In this document: piece by piece, positions 56,477 to 64,000 of the stretch
How positions within the stretch are numbered: the first letter of the stretch is position 1
Layout of the letters: the number at the start of each line of letters is the position of its first letter
Source: Schizochytrium sp. TIO01
Taxonomy: Eukaryota; Protista; Bigyra: Labyrinthulomycetes
Direction of reading: 5' to 3'
NCBI GenBank assembly: GCA_004764695.1
Contig: SMSO01000032.1
Span: 1,116,001-1,180,000, forward strand
DNA: 64,000 bases
Program-made: the position numbers and the translations under genes
Notes under the pieces: generated by a model
Database searches by the model: none
What the model was told of the DNA's origin: nothing
Seen by the model: the letters and a program-made list of their open reading frames with translations, nothing else

Positions 56477-59400
56477 TTAGCAGCCCAAGCAGTTCCGTTT
56501 GGCTGATTTCTTAAATTGATCTTCTTCGCGGTGAGGCCGAAGTTCCTCAGGGAAATTCATACGCTTACGTTCCATATATTGAAGATAGCATCGTTCTACA
56601 ATAACAGCTGCGCGCTTTTCACGTTCGTTTTCAATAATGTTTGGTCGGGATCCCGGGCCATAGCTGACCAAGACCCCGCCAGATGGAACGAGCGGCTCAC
56701 GGACCTTCTCATGTTTGTTTTTAGGTCTCAGAAATGGTATCATCTGGACGACTTGCTTGCCCTGATTAATGACGTACTCATGCATTTGAGCAAGAATAGC
56801 ACGCACAATCTTATCATAGTATCGATTCTGAAATTTGTGCGATGTAATCGCCTCGTAGTAACCGTTGGATAAGTCAAAGCTAAAGTCCTCAAGACGAGAG
56901 AAGCGCTTAATCAAACCATAGTATGCCATAGGAATGCCAATGTAGTTGAGTGTGTCCTCAAGCTCTGATTCAGAGCCCAAGCTAACAGAGGTGATAAAGG
57001 CAGTTGGAGATACACGAATTCTCTCACAAAATATTGTGTCCTGCGGTGGCACTGAAATATTGTTTGTTGCATCGTTGACAAGCCACTCCACCTCTGAATA
57101 AGAGGTTGTTTGATTCTCGAATCCAAGAACAGCACCTTCGCCTTCGATTGAACCTGATTCCTCTGCTCCTCCTAAAATCGGGGTCATGACTTGGAAGAGT
57201 CCACCCAACAGATTCGAGTCGAGCTTGACTTCAGTCTTATGCATAGCAATCGTAAGAAGTTTGACTATATCAAATGAAGACGACGCGCCACCAGATTCAT
57301 AAGCAAGTTGAATACGGAGGAAGCTATGAATTGCACGATGCCGCCGCAAACGATCTGACAAAAGGATGGTACGGCTTACTGCGCGCTTTGACACTGCACA
57401 TAATAGTGCCTCGCGTTCATGTTCCTGAATTACTTTAGGTTTGGGCGGTCGTGAATACATCACAATGGGATATTTGGCTTGTACCTGGGAGGAATCAATC
57501 TGGAAATGACCCACAGCGAATTCAGCCGTTGTAACGCTCTTGTTTGTCGTTCCTAGCTCCGGAACCTCCTCGAGAGCGCATTCGAAATGAATTCTTTGTG
57601 CGCAAACATACATCACTTCTAGGCCTCTAGTACTGCTAAAAACCGAAAGACATGCACTACTGATTTCAAACAGAACCTCCACCCAGGGATCTCGTGGCAT
57701 GAGTCTCCTCACAAACCGATCCAGTGTTGCATGCTCTTCCTCTTGCGCTTTTCTGCGTGCACGCTTTGTCATCTCCGAAATGACAACACTAGATCGGAGT
57801 CCATAGGTGCGCACGCTAAGGGCAAGGTCCTTTCCGGACCGTTGGGGAAATGCGGTGACCAAGCCAGCCTTATAGCGGATAGCTTTGGCATAGTCAAGGT
57901 CTGGGCTGCCATCCTTTCGAAGAGGAATAATTAGCACCTGCGTTCGCAAGCTGTCCTTGGGTGGAATGTCAAGCGGTATTGATAACTCCACTCCAGGTTC
58001 CACAACATCAGGTGGAAATGCGTTTCTGTAGAGCTTGTATGAACTAGGCAGCGGGCGAAAACAACGTTTTGCTGCCGCGCGTAAGCCAATCCCACGCGAT
58101 GGAATTTGCACAATCTTGAAAGATTGATTAGTCATCTTGTTGCGAACTGAGTAGTCAACCTCATCCACATCAAGAGTACGAAAGATAATCATTTGCGCAG
58201 GCATAGATTCATTTGCATCAACCCAAATCCGGGTGTCTCGCTTCCTTTCTTTTCCTGAGCGAAGCTGCAGCGCAAAATCGTCCAAGTCTTCGAGTTTAAT
58301 AGGCTCGGACCAAAGCGCTCCGGAGACAGCAAGGCGAACTTGCACGTGCTCGGTTGCCGTAAAAACTTTCCTCGAGGGATCGTCACGAATTTGAAAACGA
58401 GTACCAGGTGTAAGCTGGTAGTGGAAGCAAAATACGTTCACATCAGAAAGGTCATTTGGGTCGACTTGGAGAGCTGGATCCCGACCATCAAGAAGGAGTG
58501 CAGTACAATCTGGCAGTCCAGCTTGCTTAATCAACAGGGGTTCCTCGGTTACGTTTGCAACGCGGTATTTCGGACCAATCGTAAGCAGTGATGTGCGAGA
58601 GTAAGTTTGATGCATCGGTGTCAAAGAGATACCAATGTCTCTCCGAAAAGGTGACTCGAGGACCATCAGCTGGGTACTGAGACTGATTAGGCGTTCATCA
58701 ACAGGTACACCGGCAAGACTTAGCTCCAGATCAACTTGTGCCTCGCCCTTTCCATCAGCTAGCTTAATTTTCAAGGAGTGAGCTTCATCTCCTTGAATAA
58801 GAAGCTTTTCCAGAATCTTTGCGAGATCTAATTTGGCATCACCGATCACTCTCTGGTTGGAAGGATCCTTGGTATAGAGGCTGTCAAATGCCTGAGCATT
58901 CAGTGAAGTGTAACCAGAAGAGCTAGCAGCAGAAATCGAAGTGGATGCTACATCCTCGGGAGACGTACTGGTACGACCACGGTGATGACTATGTTTAGAT
59001 CCAACTCGGGCGTTCGTTTCTTGGGTATCATCATTTGGGTCATCTTCTCCAGGTTGAGTGAATGAGGATGCGGGCTGTGCAGAATGCTCACTAAAACTTC
59101 GAAGCTCAAAGAGAACCTCGCCAGCAGGGCTGTCACTCTCTGATCCAGGAATATAAACGCTCATATGGCCTGACGAGAATGGCCATTTTCTCGTTGCGCC
59201 GCCAGGCACAGCTGCAGTATAGCTTTTGGTGGGTACTGGGTTGTCCTCTAAGTCAATAAACGAGCAGGAGAGAGCCACAGCGTTACCTTGAGTAATGTCC
59301 TCTGATAGACCTTGCACTTTGGAAGCCATTATAATTAAGTTCACGGCTGGGAAGTGTTTTGATCCTGGTAATTTGCTAGCAAACAACGGAAGGTAAATAG

Positions 59401-62400
59401 GCAAACCAGACTGCAGCTCCCGGCTTTCATCATCCATAATGAATTGTTTGGAGGTGGCTGTTTTGAAGACAACAGCGTCAGGGTCTTGAGATAAGCGAAC
59501 TTCACCAAAAATCTGTCGAGACTTGGGCGGAGCATATAGAGGCATTACAGTATGTGGAAGATGGTCATACACATGCATGCGCGTGTGTGAAAGCTCCAAC
59601 TTCTTTTTGCGGTCAGCAAGGACCACCTGGTAGTCTAGAATTACATCACTCTTATTGGCAATCCAAAAGGGTGCACAAATTATAAGGCGGCGGCCACCTC
59701 CATCTTGTGTGGGAGTACGTTCAACTTCAGCAGTGATCGTACTCACAGTTCGCGACGAGTCTGAGGCATCCTTAATAGGGGTTCCGAGAGAGCTAGGCTC
59801 AATCGGATCACTCCACGAAGTAGGGCCTTCTTCAAAATGAATACGCACGCGAACCTGGCCCACCATATCATCTTGACTTGCCATTTTACGTGGATCACTC
59901 CGACTAAAAAAGCTGGAGTCCCGCGCAGAATGATGTTTTGTCCAGTTGGGATCAAGATAATCAAGTAATGCTCCATCCATCTCGTGAAAAGGCACGCGCC
60001 CTCCCTTCAGCATCTTCACCTTATGCCGCCGCAAAACCTTCTCAGGGTTGCTCTTTTCGCATACCTCTAGAGAAATTTCGATCGGGTAGGAAAGCAAGTT
60101 TTCGAGGACGAGAGAAGGGTAGAAGCTAAAAACATGTTGTAAGTAACGCTTTGGACCTCCACGGGCAGCAGCGTTTCGTTTGTAGCCAAATTCAATTGTG
60201 AGACTGCCCTTCACTTCATCTTTGCTAACTCCCCGACCAGCCTCCAACATGAAGGTTTTCTTGATTACACCACGTGCAGTCTTTACAGCATGCCCAGCAG
60301 AAAACCAGCTTACAATATCCCGAACCTTGAGGGTGACGTAACCAAGAGGATCATTGGAGCTCAGAGCATCCCAGTCGATCACGCTAAAACGAATGTATTC
60401 TTGTTCAGAAAGTGGTCGATCACTTTCACCAAACCGAAAAGTTGATTTGTTTGCCCAAATAGGGTTTAAAGTGGCCTGGATATGAGGTGTCTGAAATTTC
60501 TCCACTACCTTGTTTCCCTTAAATGTTGCAACTGCAACAAACGGGTCGGATGAATTCGTAATATCGGCAGCCATGAGGTTCGACGCTTGGAGCACCTGAA
60601 CCGTGAGAATCTCCTTCATTTCAAATTTGTGAAGGGCATTTCGTTGAGTCAACATAACACACTCTAGCAGCTTTGGAACCCGCTCACGACCGTATTCAGC
60701 ATCCTCTAGCTCCTCAATATCTTCTCGGGACGCACAGCCACTCGGTTCGTTGTTATTGGCAGCACGAGGCGATGCCGAAGCGTAGGCAGCATCGATGCCG
60801 CCACTAGTTGGTCGATTCGGAAGAAAGCATACTCGACTTGCACCAACAAGGTCACTATCCAGATCTTCATTTTTGGATTGACTTTGCATAAGAAGATCAT
60901 TGATAACATTTCCTCGCTTGTCAAGAAGGTCATCCTGTGGCCGAAAGTTTTGAATTACACGCAGTCCCTGACCTCCTTCAAGGCTTACTAAAATACCAGA
61001 TGGGGCCCACGCATCAAGGACAGATTCGTTACTTCTCTTGGAATATCCACTGTCAATTGAAAGTGTTCGTCCTCTATTGTTCTGGTTTTTGTTGTTACTA
61101 GACTCGTCATTTACAGGTTCTCCGCGTTTATTTTTCTGTAAACGCTTCAAAGTTGGGCGATCCATCACTGGGCAAACTGAGAAACCTCGTTTTCCTCCCA
61201 ACGAAGGATCTAGCTGTTGAGCGTAGAGATATTTCAAAGGAATTGATTGCTCGTCACCTGGTGATAGAGTAAACATAGTCTTTTCATACAACTTTTCACC
61301 AGAGGATCGATGGCAAACAAAGCTTACTCGAAGCGGTACGATCGTTCGATTCTCCACGCGTATAGGTGTCTCTAAGAAGAGAACGTCTCCAGCTGAGGAT
61401 CGACCAATTTTCTGGACATTGGCCATTACCAGTAGAGAGTTTGTATTGCGATCGATGAAGTCGTACCCGCGTGAGTTTTTCCCCTTAACTTGAGCAGCGG
61501 ACATCCGTTTGGACTTGCGGCGCTCTTCACGCTCTGCTTCATCCTCCTCCGGTGACTTTGCCGGTGTTGTGCTGTCGTCAAACTCTTCGTCCTCGCTTGA
61601 CTCGCGAGTTGTTGACGATGCAGTGGTATGTTCATTTCTCTTCATCTCTTCTTCGTTTTGTGTCATCAAAGTTCGGCTATACTGGCCGTCAACTGTGACT
61701 GCATTAATGGTTTGAAGCATGAATTCCCCAGCGTTTTCAGACGGTGCGAGCCCAATCTGGTTGACTAAAGGCACCTGAACAACCTGGTCACGAGCCCCTT
61801 CGTTACTTGATGGGGCACGGCCCTCGTCATCCTCCGGTAGAGAATCACGGAGATCAGTAATACGGAACCCTAAAGCATGAACATCTAAGCCAGGAGGTTC
61901 CATTTCCGCACTTTCAAGCAGGGCAGGTACGAAAAAGTCTAGGAATTCGCGGAGATCAATTCCAGTTTCAGATGCATCGACGTTCTCGACTCCCTCATCA
62001 TCCATTTCTCCGATCGAATAAAGAACTTCCTCAACGCTGATAGGTTCACCATAGTGTGAGAGTGCATTCTGTAATTCAACACAGGATATTTCACCGCTAT
62101 TGTCTTCATCAATGAAACGAAAAAGATTTGTGAGATCTCGACGGAGATCTTCTTCTTCTTCTTTTCTGTCATCCTGATCTAACATAAATTCTTGCATTGC
62201 AAGTTTATGCCTACTTTTGATCTGCTCTTCAATATTAGTGCGCTCAGCTCTATATTCTGGATCATTCTCACGAGCCTCGCGGTTGCGTCGAACTGTATTT
62301 TGCAGATACTTAATTGTCTTGAACACAATTTTGCGCCTGTTCTCGCGCATATGTTGCAAGAGCTCCGCCATTTTGGCTCGAATACGGGATGTATCATGGA

Positions 62401-64000
62401 GATGCAGCCTACGAGCTTCACCTTCTTCCACAACGTATTGTTGCTTGTCACCACGGTATTTCAGATAGTTAGGCTTAGTGGAGTGATATTGGTCATCGGG
62501 ATGTGAAATTGGCCAGAGTTCCACTTTATGACCAGTTTCGTTTACAACCCAATTCGGAGTGTACATTCCATGCAGACGTTCGTCATCAATTGGAGTATAA
62601 GTCGGGTCCAGTGAGCGCATGAAGCTGACAACCGACCGCAAAAAAGCATCCGTAATATTCAAGTTGATGCGACGGGGCGCAATAGCTTGTAAGAGAAGGC
62701 CGCCGGTATCTGTGCTTCTCTCCGCCTGCAAAAGGAGTGACCAAGGCTCGATTAGAGGCTCCCATGCACGAACTAGCGTATTGTACGAAGTGCTTGTTGT
62801 AGAAACATAACCACGAACTTGCAAGTCGTCTGAGAAGAACGTACGCGAGCAACCAATGAGATGAAACTGTGCAAGGCTGAATCTCGCAAAAGGTTGGGGA
62901 TACCCATTCAGATTATTACCGATACCGAGCATCAATTGATTTACGTAGAGGTTCGCTTGATCAAATACTCGCTCTGTCTGACGGCTTTTGTTGGCTTGCT
63001 CAAGGAGCATTCCCAGAATCTCGGCATCTCGCTCGGTATTCCAATGACCAGGTACATCCCCTGGCAGGCGACGACGGAAGGCACTGGTGTCTAAACACAT
63101 TATAAACATTGGTGCAAAATCATGCAACATCCAAGGCGCCCATGCACTCTGAGTTCCGTCCACCTTCTTAGCAGCAGGGTTGGGTGCTGCATCGTTGGCT
63201 CTAAACCCTTGATGATTTTCCGGATAGCTTTCCGCAGGGTCATATTGTATATTCTCGAATTCATTGCCAACACCCTTCAAAGGTTTGGCGCTCTTGTTGT
63301 TCAGCTCTAAATTTGTGCCGATATCATCAAGGCCTGGATCACCTACAACCAGACCTTCATCATCACTGGATTCAGAATCTTCAGAATTTCTATCGCTTGC
63401 CCCCTCTTGACCAATTATGTTGGACTTAATGTCTTTCATGAGCTTTATATCCGATTCTGTAAGGATCCGAACAGGAGCTACGCGTTTCTTCTTCCGCACA
63501 GGTGTAAAGTAGTCTTGAGACGAATCACTATCAGAAGACCGTGCGGAGTTTATAGATGCTCCATGATCACGTTTGTTTCCCTTTGAGTCAGATCTGTTCT
63601 TCTGATCCATTTGTTCGGCCACAGATGTAACGTTCTGCTCGGGATAGAACTCCGCATAAAGTTCCATCTGCTTTTTCTCAACATCCATGAGGAAGATGAT
63701 ATCGCCAGTGTCAAATCGAGTCTCCAAACCGTCCATGCGCAACTCCATCACACGGACAGTGGCATAATTGTCTCCACGGGCCTTTTGAAGTTCTTCACGC
63801 ATTACTTGCTGTGCCAAAACAGTGTGAGAGTTCACACCCCAGATGTCCTCTGCTTTGATGTCCTTCAGGCTATTTGAATTGTGCTGGGCCGAATCTTGCT
63901 TCTGTTCGTCAGTGTGTCTCGCAGAGATACTTGCGTTGGGATCAAGCTCAGTGCCCTTTTCTTCTTCCTCCTCGTTTCCCACTTTAGGCCGTTGGTGTTG
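56477..64000 (-). CDS. VPS13: VPS13-family bridge-like lipid transfer protein with EF-hand and C2 domains, 5'-truncated by the window edge
   Basis: Frame is open to the window end. YNTLVRAWEPLIEPW, INLNIT, WVVNETG, PIRVENRT, PSLVLENLLSYPI, APFWIANKSD, PKYRVANVT, WSEPIKL, YSVRNK (VAB repeats), FQIDSSQ...YPIV (VPS13_C). EF-hand DEDNSGEISCVE; C2 LTVQVLQASNLMAAD...SDPF...TLNPIW...DWDALSSNDPLG. Confidence 0.9.
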   Translation of the reverse strand, partial: QHQRPKVGNEEEEEKGTELDPNASISARHTDEQKQDSAQHNSNSLKDIKAEDIWGVNSHTVLAQQVMREELQKARGDNYATVRVMELRMDGLETRFDTGDIIFLMDVEKKQMELYAEFYPEQNVTSVAEQMDQKNRSDSKGNKRDHGASINSARSSDSDSSQDYFTPVRKKKRVAPVRILTESDIKLMKDIKSNIIGQEGASDRNSEDSESSDDEGLVVGDPGLDDIGTNLELNNKSAKPLKGVGNEFENIQYDPAESYPENHQGFRANDAAPNPAAKKVDGTQSAWAPWMLHDFAPMFIMCLDTSAFRRRLPGDVPGHWNTERDAEILGMLLEQANKSRQTERVFDQANLYVNQLMLGIGNNLNGYPQPFARFSLAQFHLIGCSRTFFSDDLQVRGYVSTTSTSYNTLVRAWEPLIEPWSLLLQAERSTDTGGLLLQAIAPRRINLNITDAFLRSVVSFMRSLDPTYTPIDDERLHGMYTPNWVVNETGHKVELWPISHPDDQYHSTKPNYLKYRGDKQQYVVEEGEARRLHLHDTSRIRAKMAELLQHMRENRRKIVFKTIKYLQNTVRRNREARENDPEYRAERTNIEEQIKSRHKLAMQEFMLDQDDRKEEEEDLRRDLTNLFRFIDEDNSGEISCVELQNALSHYGEPISVEEVLYSIGEMDDEGVENVDASETGIDLREFLDFFVPALLESAEMEPPGLDVHALGFRITDLRDSLPEDDEGRAPSSNEGARDQVVQVPLVNQIGLAPSENAGEFMLQTINAVTVDGQYSRTLMTQNEEEMKRNEHTTASSTTRESSEDEEFDDSTTPAKSPEEDEAEREERRKSKRMSAAQVKGKNSRGYDFIDRNTNSLLVMANVQKIGRSSAGDVLFLETPIRVENRTIVPLRVSFVCHRSSGEKLYEKTMFTLSPGDEQSIPLKYLYAQQLDPSLGGKRGFSVCPVMDRPTLKRLQKNKRGEPVNDESSNNKNQNNRGRTLSIDSGYSKRSNESVLDAWAPSGILVSLEGGQGLRVIQNFRPQDDLLDKRGNVINDLLMQSQSKNEDLDSDLVGASRVCFLPNRPTSGGIDAAYASASPRAANNNEPSGCASREDIEELEDAEYGRERVPKLLECVMLTQRNALHKFEMKEILTVQVLQASNLMAADITNSSDPFVAVATFKGNKVVEKFQTPHIQATLNPIWANKSTFRFGESDRPLSEQEYIRFSVIDWDALSSNDPLGYVTLKVRDIVSWFSAGHAVKTARGVIKKTFMLEAGRGVSKDEVKGSLTIEFGYKRNAAARGGPKRYLQHVFSFYPSLVLENLLSYPIEISLEVCEKSNPEKVLRRHKVKMLKGGRVPFHEMDGALLDYLDPNWTKHHSARDSSFFSRSDPRKMASQDDMVGQVRVRIHFEEGPTSWSDPIEPSSLGTPIKDASDSSRTVSTITAEVERTPTQDGGGRRLIICAPFWIANKSDVILDYQVVLADRKKKLELSHTRMHVYDHLPHTVMPLYAPPKSRQIFGEVRLSQDPDAVVFKTATSKQFIMDDESRELQSGLPIYLPLFASKLPGSKHFPAVNLIIMASKVQGLSEDITQGNAVALSCSFIDLEDNPVPTKSYTAAVPGGATRKWPFSSGHMSVYIPGSESDSPAGEVLFELRSFSEHSAQPASSFTQPGEDDPNDDTQETNARVGSKHSHHRGRTSTSPEDVASTSISAASSSGYTSLNAQAFDSLYTKDPSNQRVIGDAKLDLAKILEKLLIQGDEAHSLKIKLADGKGEAQVDLELSLAGVPVDERLISLSTQLMVLESPFRRDIGISLTPMHQTYSRTSLLTIGPKYRVANVTEEPLLIKQAGLPDCTALLLDGRDPALQVDPNDLSDVNVFCFHYQLTPGTRFQIRDDPSRKVFTATEHVQVRLAVSGALWSEPIKLEDLDDFALQLRSGKERKRDTRIWVDANESMPAQMIIFRTLDVDEVDYSVRNKMTNQSFKIVQIPSRGIGLRAAAKRCFRPLPSSYKLYRNAFPPDVVEPGVELSIPLDIPPKDSLRTQVLIIPLRKDGSPDLDYAKAIRYKAGLVTAFPQRSGKDLALSVRTYGLRSSVVISEMTKRARRKAQEEEHATLDRFVRRLMPRDPWVEVLFEISSACLSVFSSTRGLEVMYVCAQRIHFECALEEVPELGTTNKSVTTAEFAVGHFQIDSSQVQAKYPIVMYSRPPKPKVIQEHEREALLCAVSKRAVSRTILLSDRLRRHRAIHSFLRIQLAYESGGASSSFDIVKLLTIAMHKTEVKLDSNLLGGLFQVMTPILGGAEESGSIEGEGAVLGFENQTTSYSEVEWLVNDATNNISVPPQDTIFCERIRVSPTAFITSVSLGSESELEDTLNYIGIPMAYYGLIKRFSRLEDFSFDLSNGYYEAITSHKFQNRYYDKIVRAILAQMHEYVINQGKQVVQMIPFLRPKNKHEKVREPLVPSGGVLVSYGPGSRPNIIENEREKRAAVIVERCYLQYMERKRMNFPEELRPHREEDQFKKSAKRNCLGC

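Overview
Eukaryotic nuclear DNA, gene-dense and intron-poor (7.4-kb single-exon ORFs, a few short GT-AG introns, GAAA/GCAA/AAAT/GATT microsatellites between genes). The style and gene content suggest a flagellated stramenopile, probably a thraustochytrid (Aurantiochytrium-like); this is inference only. About 15 protein genes: a 5'-truncated polycystin-2-like channel, CEP290, a WIP/verprolin-type WH2 protein fused to a RhoGAP-like domain, GGPP synthase, a ubiquitin-like-domain protein, a degenerate glutamine-amidotransferase-fold protein, a low-complexity putative PP1 regulator, two tandem beta-lactamase-family serine hydrolases (one frameshifted), a 2-exon AP2-like giant protein, a 5-exon secreted LRR+PAN protein, a 2-exon inositol monophosphatase, SNIP1, UTP14 and a 5'-truncated VPS13-family protein. 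Many ORF-track starts are GTG/TTG and were moved to the first ATG. No rRNA, tRNA, CRISPR array or intact transposon was seen. Best leads: (1) a VPS13 with EF-hand and C2 modules whose usual ATG2_C/PH end appears replaced by an IQ-like helix and a CaaX box; (2) a hydrolase pair with mitochondrial and peroxisomal signals, where a single frameshift separates the enzyme core from its SKL tail; (3) an LRR-PAN gene whose introns all sit at the same LRR position, including two single-repeat exons; (4) a WH2/pseudo-RhoGAP actin regulator. All domain calls are by eye from remembered family motifs; no searches were run.
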